A DNA stretch of 32,000 nucleotides, from NCBI RefSeq assembly GCF_000400465.1, contig NW_008806293.1:2601-34600 (forward strand). Reading direction: 5' to 3'. The position numbers were made by a program, and so were the translations under genes. Shown one piece after another: positions 9,782 through 20,834 of this stretch. Below the pieces are notes generated by a model. The model did no database searches, was not told the origin of the DNA, and was given only the letters and a program-made list of their open reading frames with translations. Position 1 is the first letter of the stretch; every line of letters starts with the position of its first letter. The DNA comes from Wallemia ichthyophaga EXF-994. Its lineage: Eukaryota > Fungi > Basidiomycota.

Positions 9782-10678
9782 ATGACGACGTCGCCGTCCA
9801 CCTCGAGTGCAATCGTTTTTAAAGAATACAGCGATATATATAACTCGGCAATTGAGCGTGCACGCTTTAGACCAATTTTCGTCCCAGTGCTTAATTCCAT
9901 ACATGGGGATATAGACGAGTTGGCGAGGGTAATGTCTGATGGCGCGGGGGCATATGATGGCGTCGTTGTCACTTCCCAGCGAGCTGTGGAGGCGTGGAAG
10001 TCGGCGGCAGAAGTTGCTCAAAATGCGCCGAGTGCGCCATGTGGAAGCACTCACAGCTATCACACTCAACATTCCCCTCAGTGAGCACATCTGGTGATGC
10101 TCACGCTCGCGCTCATTTGAAGCAGGCTTGAATGGTCCGATTTGCCTTTCTACTCAGTAGGCCCATCCACCAGCCACGCGCTGCGCAGTCTGGGTAAATG
10201 CACTTGCCCACACTTAACTCCTAAATATATAATGGGCGGCGAAGAATCAGGAAATGGAGTAAAATTGGCTGATTACATACTTTCAAATCACAAAGATGGC
10301 AATGACAAAAAGCACAATCGCATTCTTTACCTCGTCGGCGATAAAACGGCTTCGGAGCTCAGCAACATTCTCCAGGATAATGGCGTATTAGTGGATAGAT
10401 TGCAGGTGTACGCCACGAAGCGATTGTCAGTTGAACAATTACAATTTAACATACACAAGGCTAATGCTGGAGATGCCAAGTGGATCATCATTTTCTCGCC
10501 TAGTGGTGCGGATGTGATTATACCTGCTATCAAAGAAATGGAATTGAATGTGAAGGTGGCTTGTATTGGGCCAACTACCTCCAAGTATGTGCAAGAAATA
10601 ATGCAGGTTTGTGTGGATGCAGTGCCTGCTAAACCAGATGCCCAATTGCTGGCAGAGGCGATGAGCAGAGTAGATTGA
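9782..10678 (+). CDS. HEM4: Uroporphyrinogen-III synthase; exons 9782-10080, 10126-10678 (45-nt intron GTGAGC..CAG)
   Basis: YDGVVVTSQRAVEAW, Q|LEWSDLPFYSVGPST, ILYLVGDK, IIIFSPSG and VACIGPTT...AKPDA motifs. Confidence 0.88.
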
Positions 10679-10729
10679 CTAAATGAATAAAAGAAGTTCT
10701 ATGTATTGATATTGTACATTGCAACATAA

Positions 10730-11518
10730 TCACTTTGGGATGAAAGGAATGCGAAGACCAGACATGAGCGCTCTAGTCTTAGCTTCAGCGCCTCTGCCTT
10801 TTTGATTAGATATGAATTTGATGTCTAAACCATGTGAGCGTGGATACGAATCAAAAGCAGCTTCAATTTGAGGGAAGAGGGACATAGCAGAGGGAGGCAG
10901 ACCCATTTGAAAGACGCCCGAGTTAGCAGAAGGAGATTTTTCATCAGCGCTGACTGGAGGGAGTGAGATACCGTTAAAGTCCCTGATACGTGGTAAAACG
11001 AATTCGGTGAGAATGTCAATGAAATCGAACATTTTGTCACCAGATAGTTCAACCTTAACGGAGAGGGGCATACCGTGGCGTATTTTCCATTGAGCGACAC
11101 CTTTGCGTGCTTTACATACTGTAACACCTTTAGAGTGGAAATCACCGCCAGAGTGCTCAGCGTGACCAGAAATAGATTGTAAAGCCATGATAGCCGAGAG
11201 GAGAGCGCCTTTGTTGTTTATAGACTCCTTGACCATCGTGTGGATGACAATTTTATCTAGATTGATAGGATTTGATTGGTTGGGATTCGGGAGAGGATCA
11301 CGGTTACCTCTAGGGCGAGGTTGTTGGCGGTGAGCCGTGTAAGGGTCGTTAGAGTCCCATGAAGGTAGAGGGCGGCTGTGTTGTTGTTGCCTGGGATTGT
11401 GAGTCATGTAGAGTAGAGCGGGGGAAAGAGTATTTTGGAAATGCGATTTGAGGCGTGGCTGGTGAGTGCTCCCAGTGAAGAATGAATGTTGCTGTTTAAG
11501 TAAATTCGATCTGATCAT
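10730..11518 (-). CDS. MRPL7: Mitochondrial large-subunit ribosomal protein uL5m, ~262 aa
   Basis: LDKIVIHTMVKE..AIMALQSISG..KARKGVAQWKIRHGMP..FVLPRIRDFNG are L5 motifs. The N-terminus MIRSNLLKQQ resembles a presequence; the track start at 11638 is an upstream non-ATG extension. Confidence 0.9.
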   Translation of the reverse strand: MIRSNLLKQQHSFFTGSTHQPRLKSHFQNTLSPALLYMTHNPRQQQHSRPLPSWDSNDPYTAHRQQPRPRGNRDPLPNPNQSNPINLDKIVIHTMVKESINNKGALLSAIMALQSISGHAEHSGGDFHSKGVTVCKARKGVAQWKIRHGMPLSVKVELSGDKMFDFIDILTEFVLPRIRDFNGISLPPVSADEKSPSANSGVFQMGLPPSAMSLFPQIEAAFDSYPRSHGLDIKFISNQKGRGAEAKTRALMSGLRIPFIPK

Positions 11519-11532
11519 GATGGTGGTTGGAT

Positions 11533-11557
11533 AACAACAACGACGACGACGACGACG
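11533..11557. repeat. (CAA)/(CGA)n trinucleotide run filling most of the 39-bp MRPL7/ARC18 inter-ATG spacer
   Basis: aacaacaacgacgacgacgacgacg lies immediately before the ARC18 ATG. Confidence 0.85.
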
Positions 11558-12185
11558 ATGCCAGTGAGTTTTAGTTGGCTCAAGAGAGGTACATAACACT
11601 CCCAGGCATATCACAGCAACTTCAACGACGATAAACAATCAAAACTCATCGGAAACGTGTCAATACTCCCATTCAGTTCAAAACACAGGGGAATTGCACC
11701 CACACCACCAAATGACCCGGAGTATATCGATATCATATCAGAATCTATAATTCTATTCAGAGCCAATAGTTTATTCAGGAACTTTGAAATCAAAGGTGGC
11801 GGTGATAGAATGTTGATTTACTTGATTCTATTCATATCGGATTGTATCGCCAAGTTGAGCAGAGGACAGGTAAATAGTGGTGACGCAATGAAGCAACTAC
11901 ACACGCTCGCTGTAGATAGCTTCTCGCTCCCCGGTGAAGCTGGTTTCCCTTTAAACAGCTTATACGCGCCACCACAATCTAAAATGGATGCAGGTGAGTT
12001 ATATACGTGTTTATAAACCCATTTAACACCCTATAGACACCCTCCGCAGCTACCTCACTCAAGCTCGCGTTGAAACTGTGAACCGACTTATACCCATCTT
12101 ATACGCCCAATCAAATACAAGTCCAGACAAATATTGGATGTCCTTTAACAAACGCAAGTTTATGGGTAAATCCCTCTCCTTGTAA
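11558..12185 (+). CDS. ARC18: Arp2/3 complex subunit 3 (p21-Arc); exons 11558-11563, 11606-11993, 12037-12185
   Basis: MP|AYHSNFND..., LFRANSLFRNFEIKGGGDRMLIYLILFISDC, D|TLRSYLTQARVE and KYWMSFNKRKFMGKSL. Both introns (42 and 43 nt) have GTGAGT donors. Confidence 0.96.
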
Positions 12186-12236
12186 TTGTTTTTAAGTTGA
12201 ATAAATTTTACACCTTACGCTTCCTTCACGACACTC

Positions 12237-14286
12237 ATGGCTGCACCTGTAAAATCATTAAAGAGTATTGCACCTGTACCGAGTGCCAATGACTTCTTGG
12301 ATAGTTAGTTATATCCCTATTTATATTTCTGTCGCTCACCCACCCCCAGTCGTCCTATCTAAAACTCAAAGGAAGACACCGACGGTGATCCATAAGAATT
12401 TCAAGATATCGCGTATCAGATCATTTTACATGAGAAAAGTTAAATTCACCCAGGAATGCTTTAACGAGAAGCTAGACGCTATCTTGGGCGAATTCCCGAT
12501 GTTAGACAACCTCCACCCCTTCTTATCCTCCCTTATGAATGTCTTATACGATAAGAATCATTATAAGCTCGCTTTGGGTCAGCTGAACACCGCTCGCCAT
12601 CTCATAGATCAAGTCTCAAAAGACTACATTCGTCTCATGAAGTTTGGTGACTCCCTTTACCGTTGCAAGCAGCTCAAACGCGCTGCTATGGGCCGTATGG
12701 CGACCGTCATGCGCAGACAGAAGGATCCTCTCGCCTACCTCGAACAAGTCAGACAACACATTGCTCGTCTTCCTTCCATAGACCCTACTACCAGAACTAT
12801 GCTCATTTGTGGTTACCCAAATGTTGGAAAATCTTCTTTCATCAATAAAATCACTAGAGCTGACGTTGACGTTCAACCATACGCTTTCACCACAAAGTCC
12901 TTATTCGTCGGTCACATGGACTACAAGTACCTCCGCTGGCAAGTCATTGACACCCCGGGTATCCTCGATCACCCACTCGAAGAGATGAACACCATCGAAA
13001 TGCAATCTATAACCGCTATGGCTCACTTACGCTCTGCTATTCTCTACTTTATGGACTTATCTGAGCAATGTGGTTACACCGTTGAAGCTCAATGTAAACT
13101 CTTCTCTTCCATCAAACCTCTCTTCGCTAATAAGCCCGTTTCTATCGTCTTTAACAAGATTGATGTTGCTACTTTTGATGATCTCACTGATGAAAAGAAG
13201 ATGGCTGTTCAGGAGGTACTCGCTGATGGTGATGTGAAAAAGTTGCAACTCTCGTGTATGTCTGAGGAAGGTATTATGGACGTACGTAACCAAGTCTGTG
13301 AAACTCTCCTCGCACACCGCGTAGACACTAAAATGCGTGGTTCCAAGATCAACTCTGTGGTCAACAGAATTCACGTTGCTCAACCAAAACCCCGTGATGA
13401 CGTCGAGCGTACTGCTCAAGTTCCAGATATTGTCAAACAACGTAAGGGTTACGATAAGGAGGATCCACAAAGGAAGACTCTCGAGCGTGATATTGAGGAG
13501 GCTAATGGTGGTACTGGTGTTTACAGCGTTGATCTTCACAAGAACTACCTCCTCGAGAACGATGACTGGAAGAAAGACACTATGCCTGAATTCCTCAATG
13601 GTCATAACGTCGCTGACTTTGTTGATCCTGATATCGAAGAGAAGCTTGAGGCTCTTGAGCGTGAAGAGGATAAATTGGAGGCTGATGGTTTCTATAATTC
13701 TGATGAGGAGATATTAGACAGTGAAGAGGAAGAAACACGCAGCAATGCTCAAGCTATTCGTGAAGAGAACAACCTCATCAAATTAAAGTCACAGGATCAA
13801 ACAAGAAAGAAGAAGAACGCAATGATGCCACGTACCCGCCAAACGAGAACTTTGGATGATATGACTGCTGACTTAACTGCTAAGGGTATAGACGCATCCA
13901 AGATTGAGGACAGGGCCATGTCACTCGCCAAGGCTAAGGGACTGGTTGGAAAGCGTAAGCATGATGACGTTGAGATGAAGGAGGTTGATGAGGGTAGTGA
14001 GGATGCTGAAGGAATGGAAGTGGATCAAGATAAGGCATCTAAGAAATCTAAGGGTGTCGCTGCAGCTGATAAACCACTTCATCCACGCGCTCCTAAGAAG
14101 AATAGAGCCGTTGAAGGTCTTGGTAGTAGAGCAAATGAAGAGCAGGCTAAGAAATACAGAGCTTTGGCTTCTAGAGAACCTGCTAGACATTCCAAGGCTT
14201 CTGAATCTGACAGACACATACAAACTGCTAGACCAAAATGGATGATGTCTGGAAAGAGGAAGATGGGAACCAACGACAGACGTTAG
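12237..14286 (+). CDS. NOG1: Nucleolar GTP-binding protein 1; exons 12237-12303, 12350-14286 (46-nt intron GTTAGT..CAG); 667 aa
   Basis: PVPSANDFLD|IVLSKTQRKTPTVIH; GYPNVGKSS P-loop; DTPGILDHPLEEMNTIEMQS; C-terminal GKRKMGTNDRR. Confidence 0.98.
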
Positions 14287-14372
14287 AGTTTTGTTGTTTA
14301 TCATGCTTTATTTGTATTTTATGATTATTTTATTTTATTTCGAAATATGCGTGATCCTGATAACAAACGGTC

Positions 14373-15955
14373 ATGACAGACGCGTACAATGATACACACG
14401 CGCACGACGACGTACAAGAATACTCGTCTGGCTCAGAGCTAGGCCTCGACGCTGATGAAGAAGATTGTCAGGAGCTGCGACGACTGCCACGCGAAGAACG
14501 TCTACACGCCATCGACGACATGTGCGATTTGTACAAGAGCGTCGATGGATTTGGGGAGAATTACAAGCTTGTCGATAAGCTTGGTGAGGGTACATTTTCA
14601 GCTGTGTACAAGGCGATTGATTTGAAGCACCACGATTACGATAACAAGTATTGGTTCACCAAGGAGCAAACAGATACGCGACAGCTTCAGCATAGGGGTA
14701 GAAAGGTTTATGTAGCTTTGAAAAGAATTTACCAAACGTCGTGTCCACTGAGAATACAGAATGAACTCGAGCTGTTACATTCACTCAGGCGATCTAAATG
14801 GGTTTCAACAATGATTAGCGCCTTTAGACATAAAGACCAAGTTGTTGCTGTTATGCCATACCACCCTAACAACGATTTCCGCGAGTATTATCGACATGTG
14901 GACTACAAGACTGTGAAGAAATACTTCAAATCACTCTTCAAAGCCTTACGCGATGTCCATCGAATGGATATCCTTCATCGCGATATCAAGCCTGCCAACT
15001 TCCTGTTTTCGCTGCAAGATCAGAAGGGGGTGTTGTGCGATTTCGGTCTGGCGCAATACACGTTGGATGACGGCTGGCATGGTCATTGTCATCATACTCA
15101 GCCCTCCCGCGAACATCCCCATGGACAGAACAAGTTATCTATGAAGGATATACGCTCTGAGAAGGATACAAGAGCAGTCGAGCGGACTGCTGATGTCGTA
15201 CGCGAGGCTGATCGTCGTATGAATGACCCCAAATTGCCCGTAGGGTATAGCACAGATGAGAAACGACCAATAGTGCGAGCTAATAGAGCTGGCACACGTG
15301 GTTTCAGAGCGCCCGAAGTTTTGCTCAAGTGTCAAGACCAGACGACGGGTGCGTGTTGTTTTATTTGTTGGTTGCTACCCACTAACATAAACATTTTTCA
15401 AATCCAGCCATCGACATGTGGTCCGCTGGCGTTATTCTCCTCTCCTTTCTCAGTCGCCGTTTTCCGTTTTTTAACAGCAACGACGATAACGAGGCGTTGG
15501 TAGAACTGACTACGATATACGGACTGAAAAGGATGATCAAGTGCGGTGAAATTCACAACAGATCTATCCTCTCGAACATTCCTCACGTTCAACATGGCGG
15601 TAAACACCTTCATCTGCTCCTCTACCAACTCAACCCATTCATTTTCCCGCGACCGCCGTCAGCATGGCACCATGGCGATGTACAGGGTTTGCGGGGTGAT
15701 GGGAAAGATAATAGTGAGACAGTCATGGATACTGAAAATACCAACATCTTTGCACTCTGTAACCAGCCATTCGAAAAGGAGATTGGAGAGAATCTTTTCA
15801 ATAGCTTTAATCAGCAATTCGCTAAGCCATGGCCTGAGTTGGAGCTCTACCACGCCATCGACTTGTGTAAGAAACTTATGCATCTCGATTGCACAAAGAG
15901 ACTCAATGCACAGCAGGCGCTGATGCATCCTTTTTTGTATGGAGCTGGTAGCTAA
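14373..15955 (+). CDS. CDC7: Cell division control protein 7 kinase (DDK catalytic subunit); exons 14373-15348, 15408-15955; 507 aa
   Basis: LGEGTFSAVYKA, VALKRIY, HRDIKPANFL, DFGLA and the CDC7-diagnostic RANRAGTRGFRAPEVLLKCQDQTT|AIDMWSAGVILL. One 59-nt intron, GTGCGT..CTAAC..CAG. Confidence 0.95.
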
Positions 15956-16180
15956 TAGGGGGAAATAAGATTGATGGATAACATGATATACTTTAGGCTA
16001 ATTTTATGTGTTTGTTTGTATATAGAGGAAGTTTTTCACTGCGTCATCAGCCACCTACCTTTTTAGGCTTTACTTGCCTATTTGGGCTGAAAAGGGTGAT
16101 ACGCGCGCGTAGTTTGTGCTGATATCTTTTACTTTCAATCCAAAGATTGGACAGAGTGCGAGTGTCCAAGATAGTGAAAA

Positions 16181-18621
16181 ATGGTCGATAAACACCCACG
16201 CACAGCACACACACGCAACAGAGCTAAATCAGAGGCCAGCTTAGGAGCGAGGATTGGGCACAAGTTGTTTAAGCGCAAGGAAACGCAGACGCAGACACAG
16301 ACAAGGACACATTCACAGATACAGTCACACTCACACCACGACAAGGAGAACGAGCATGAGAACGAGCACGAGAACGAGCACGGCGCGGGTCATCGGAATG
16401 TGAGCGATGACACGACGTTCAGACGAGATCAAGACAACGACACACAAAGCAACACACAAAGCAACACCTCATCCACGCACAAGGTCAAGGACAAGGTCAC
16501 AAAGCAAGACCCGCAGCTGCGCTCTCACAGCTCATTCTCACTGCTGGACAGACTCAGTGCGCGGAAACGCGTAATCAGCCTGCCTGCACTGACACTAAGG
16601 CAAAGCGTGCATGACGAGCGCAGCAACGCGAGCTCCTCTGCGCAGCGCTTGCCATTACTGGAAGGCGACGAGAAGCTAGGAGAAACGGAGAAAGACGAGA
16701 AAGAGGCGAAAGAGGAAGCAGCGCGACTGCGACTGCGCGACCGCAAGAAGCTGCGTAAATCCGAGGAGACGATACAGAAAGTGATGGCGAGGAAAGGTAG
16801 GTATGGAGTTGTAGAATGCAGTTTCAAAGAAGGTGGGCTAACAAAACAAACACAGCTGATTTGCTCGACTACGCACGTCGTCCACCCACACCTAAGCAGC
16901 TATTCGACGCGTCGTGCTGTACGGTTGTAAGCGAGGATGGGACGCCAGTGGCGTTTGGATCGCTGTACAGCACCCGCCGCACAATAGTGATCCTTCTCCG
17001 ACACGCATACTGCTCACTGTGCCAAGCGTATGCGCGCACTGCTGCACAACTCGACCCCACCCTCCCGATCGTCTTTGTCACGCCGACGAGCCACAAGATT
17101 ATTGCGTCGTATCGCAAGCAGCTTAGTATCCCATTTGCAGTGTACAGCGACAGCTCGCGTCGGGTATACGAGGCGCTGGGCGTGAAGCTGCGCAGTACGA
17201 ATCCAGGCACAGTCAAGGATGTCGGTGGATACACGCACAGTCTGAGCAGCTGGGAGAGCGTATCTGTAGCTGCGAGACTCACCCCCACGCATCCCGGCGA
17301 TACGAAGCAGCTGGGCGCCGAATTCGTTCTGGGGCCGGGCGCAGGTGTCAGCTATACGCACCGAATGATCACCACGCGTGGCCACGCGCCCATCAAAGAC
17401 GTCATCCGGGCTGCACTCACCGGAGCGGGAGAGGGCGTAGATGTAGGTTTGGGGGTGGGCGTGCCGCGTGGAAGAGTGGCTGGCCTCGCGAGAGAACGCG
17501 TCATGTCATCCCCGGGTGCTTTCAACTTCCCCACCCCTCCGACGCCGTTTACGACGCGCTTGCCTGCAGGCGCGGCACACCCGTCCATGCCGAATCTGCA
17601 CCAAGTGGGCGAGGTAGGGAGCAGAGGTAGCAATCAGAGCAATCAGAGCAATCATAGCAATCATAGTGAGGAATATCAAGACAGCCTCGTCGACTTGACA
17701 GTCAGCACCAACACACCTTCTATGCTTCTCGGCCAGACGCTCCCGTCGCCGTCGCCGTCGCTCGCGCATCTTGGCCACTACATCTCCCGCGGATACTCGC
17801 AGTCGGGCGGAAGAGAGCCAATCACGCCGACACTAGACGACGGACAAGTGCATGTCGTTGAGCGGCCACAGCGCCCACCGCGTAACTTCTCGCGTCCTAG
17901 TAGTCTCTGGGTCAAGGATGGAGAAGAGGAGGCTGCGGGTGTTCCACCTGTCCCGCCTGTGCCCAGTGCACCGCCGCAGAATAGCTCCCACTCATCCCTT
18001 CCTTACCCTGGGATAGGCACTGATACACCGCGGTTCCTCGAAAATGGCCTGCGCTCACCCACTCCACCTACCCTCAAGCATGGCAAGGTCGAAATGGCTC
18101 AACCTGACCAGGACTTTTTCGAAATATACGCCAGTTACGATACAGTCTTTCGCGACGATAGCTATACTTTCGAACCAAGCGCTACGTTCGCAAGCCTTCG
18201 TGCTGCGTTTGAGAGCGATGTCGAGCGTGTTCATTGCGACGCGGAGAATGAGAAGCGGGAGCTTTTAGCGAGCCGTGGTGAGCAGGTTGATCAAGAGAAG
18301 AATAAGCGGGATGAGCAGGATGAGCAAAACACACAGGATAAGGAAAACAACCAAAACAAGATCAATTCTCAGACCTCTAACATAAACACCCACACACCCA
18401 AACAAGCCGTGTTGAGCTATAGCTTGGATGAAAATGCAGCACGCGAGATGGAGGTTGATATTAATAATAACCACAATAAACGCGGGAGCAGCATTATCAA
18501 GCGCATCGAGAACACTGCACGCCCACAACTACACGCCGTCTACCCGTCCAGCGAATTCGATAGCAGCTTTGGAGTAAATAGATTTAACAGTATTCCGCTG
18601 TGGAGACCACGGCTGCGATAA
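16181..18621 (+). CDS. AhpC/TSA-like (peroxiredoxin-like 2) thioredoxin-fold domain protein with long disordered N- and C-terminal arms; exons 16181-16796, 16856-18621
   Basis: TIVILLRHAYCSLCQAY...PFAVYSDSSRRVYEALG...QLGAEFVLGPG..SYTHRMITTRGHAPI matches the AhpC-TSA_2 pattern. A 59-nt GTAGGT..CTAAC..CAG intron joins two ORF-track frames. Confidence 0.78.
16346..16381 (+). repeat. 12-nt (GAGAACGAGCAY) tandem repeat encoding (ENEH)3
   Basis: gagaacgagcatgagaacgagcacgagaacgagcac is directly visible. Confidence 0.85.
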
Positions 18622-18703
18622 TTCATTGAGCCATGTAATTAAGATTAAAATGATATTGATTTGTACTTATTCATTACATAATAATATATACAATACAAAG
18701 CAC

Positions 18704-20380
18704 TCAAATATCACACTTACCTGGACGTACAGCACACCACAATGGTTGGAGTGCAGCGGCATGCACGCCCCTGTCGACCAATCTGTACCTAACATCGTTC
18801 ATCCTGTAGAGAGCGTCGTCGGCATTAGCAGTGCGTGTCTCTGGCGCTGGATGTGTCCAGAAAACTTCCGCACCAGCAGCAGCACGAGGCCTAAGAAATG
18901 AAGTTAGTAAGATAATAGAGAAAATAGACAACAATTCCCACCAAATAAGAGATTCGAAATTGGCAGAGTCAGCCTGCTCGGACCACAGCGTAGTCTCACC
19001 ACCAGCGACTCTGTTTCTGTCGCTCTCGTTCATGTTGGCGTAAGCGTCGAACGAGTAGATCTTCTGCCATGATTTGAAAGGATCGCACCAGGAAGTACCA
19101 TCGGGTGCTCCACCGAGCCAACCACCTGTACCGCAATCGAGATACATGTAGTCAGACGCGGCGTGAATAATGCCAACGCTGGATGGTTGCGATGCGAGAA
19201 TTTGTGACGTAAAGTCTGCGGTGGACCAGTTAATAACAAGCGTGCCATCACTCAGCGGCATCTCATACTCGGTTGACAGCTCGTGCCAGACAACAGCAGT
19301 CTTGTTGTACTCGGAAAGCTTGTCGGTGAGCGCTGATTGGAAGGAGCGGACGAGCGGTGCCAACTCCTCAAGTGTCATATCGTAGCAAGCTGGATTGAGC
19401 TCGTCACCGCCCGTACCGAAATACTTGGATTGAGTACGTGGAAGGAGATCGTCGAGTATTGACTCTACGAATGGGATCACGTCATCGTTCTCCAAGTCTA
19501 ACTGGCCGGCTGGTGGCTCAGCAGCGTATTGCGACCATGGTCGACGATCAATACAGCTGACGAGCTCAGGGTGTGACTCAGCTACCGATTGCGTGTGGCC
19601 GGGAAGATCCATTTCAATTACTACATCGACCCCTTTTGAGCGAGCATGGTTGATGATGTCGTCAACGTCTTGCTGTGTGTAGAGCATGCCTGGGTATGCG
19701 CCTTGCTCGTAGAGCTCAGGGTGAACATCGGTGACGAGTGGCCATGAGTGTTGATCAGTCATGTGCCAGTGGAAGACAGAGAGCTTAACAAAGGACATGG
19801 TATCGATGAGAGAGAGGAGGGAGTCCTTGTTGTAGTAGTTACGTGAGGTGTCCAACATAACACTGCGCCAGCCAAATTCAGGAGCGTCGTTGATGGTGAT
19901 TGGGGCGTTTGTAAGGTAGTGCTTATCTTGAGAAGGGTGCTTGTAGAAGAGCTGCTGGAAAGTAGACAAAGCGCGGTGCAAACCTAAGACATTTGCAGAG
20001 GAGATAGTAGCGGTGATGTCAGATTCCATGTAAGGAATATTGAGGTAGTACGATTCATCGCGGTCGTCGATAGGCTGGTTGAAGATGTCTTGGATTGGCA
20101 TATCGTTTTCAATGTTGACGTCAACAGAGGTGATTACGGGAGTGGAGTCAGTGAGTGATTCAACATCCTCGCCGCCCAAAGCGATGGAAAGTCTTCTGTG
20201 TTGGGAGCTGTGAATTTGATCGAGTGCGTTGTTTACAGTATCTTTAACATGTTCCGGAGAGTTAACATTAGGAGAAGGGCCGAGGAGTAGGAAATTATCA
20301 GCGTATTCGAAGGATTGAGGGTACGGGATAATAGCGTGAGCAAGAGAGACGAAGAGCAACAAGATTATTATACGAGACAT
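18704..20380 (-). CDS. Secreted GH20 beta-N-acetylhexosaminidase; probable 51-nt intron at 18941-18891
   Basis: Signal peptide MSRIIILLLFVSLAHA; DAPEFGWRSVMLDTSRNY; FHWHMTDQHSWP; catalytic HxGGDE-equivalent FGTGGDE; WSEQAD...W|PRAAAGAEVFW. Confidence 0.93.
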   Translation of the reverse strand: MSRIIILLLFVSLAHAIIPYPQSFEYADNFLLLGPSPNVNSPEHVKDTVNNALDQIHSSQHRRLSIALGGEDVESLTDSTPVITSVDVNIENDMPIQDIFNQPIDDRDESYYLNIPYMESDITATISSANVLGLHRALSTFQQLFYKHPSQDKHYLTNAPITINDAPEFGWRSVMLDTSRNYYNKDSLLSLIDTMSFVKLSVFHWHMTDQHSWPLVTDVHPELYEQGAYPGMLYTQQDVDDIINHARSKGVDVVIEMDLPGHTQSVAESHPELVSCIDRRPWSQYAAEPPAGQLDLENDDVIPFVESILDDLLPRTQSKYFGTGGDELNPACYDMTLEELAPLVRSFQSALTDKLSEYNKTAVVWHELSTEYEMPLSDGTLVINWSTADFTSQILASQPSSVGIIHAASDYMYLDCGTGGWLGGAPDGTSWCDPFKSWQKIYSFDAYANMNESDRNRVAGGETTLWSEQADSANFESLIWWELLSIFSIILLTSFLRPRAAAGAEVFWTHPAPETRTANADDALYRMNDVRYRLVDRGVHAAALQPLWCAVRPGKCDI

Positions 20381-20454
20381 GAGAGTTAGAAAGTGAAAAG
20401 TGTTCTAGTCTGATGAAAAAGGACATTAGACTGGAATGTGCAATGTGTAAATGA

Positions 20455-20786
20455 TTAAATGCTCCATTCCCAATCAATATAAGTGAAGGGTATTATGCCT
20501 TCAACGCTCTCCAACTCGTAGCTCTCTTTGCTGAAATATTTGAACCTGCGTGCAACCACCCAACCTTCGGTGAACTCTGAGACGATGAAAACAAGTTCGC
20601 CGTGCTTGACGCCCAGCTCCGAATCGTTCTCCGGCTCAAAGTCGTAGAGCATACATTTTATGCAGTTGAGTGTAGAGCCATGTACACCTCGATACCTATC
20701 GTCGTCGGCGTTGTATGCAAAGTCCTTTACGTCTGCGAGTGGTTAGGACACACCGTCTAGCCATACGCACCCAACCTACTCAGCAT
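20455..20786 (-). CDS. NBP2: Small SH3 adaptor, Nbp2/Skb5-like (~94-97 aa); short exon from ATG 20786, intron to acceptor 20733, exon 20732-20455
   Basis: VKDFAYNADDDRYRG resembles the Nbp2 IKDYAY..LHYG motif. The SH3 LYDFEPENDSELGV..GWVVA..GIIPFTY resembles the Nbp2 ALYDFEPENDNEL. The donor is either 20779 (GTAGGT, 47 nt) or 20770 (GTGCGT, 38 nt); both keep the frame. Confidence 0.72.
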
Positions 20787-20834
20787 TTGCGTCGTGTACG
20801 TCGTAATCGAGTGGATTGCACCAATTACACCTCA

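Noticed and set aside
16797-16855. Overlapping donors GTAG|GTATGG in the AhpC-domain gene intron, a possible second stwintron
   Set aside because: The interval is only 59 nt with a single branch/acceptor set; only the 16797 donor keeps the frame.
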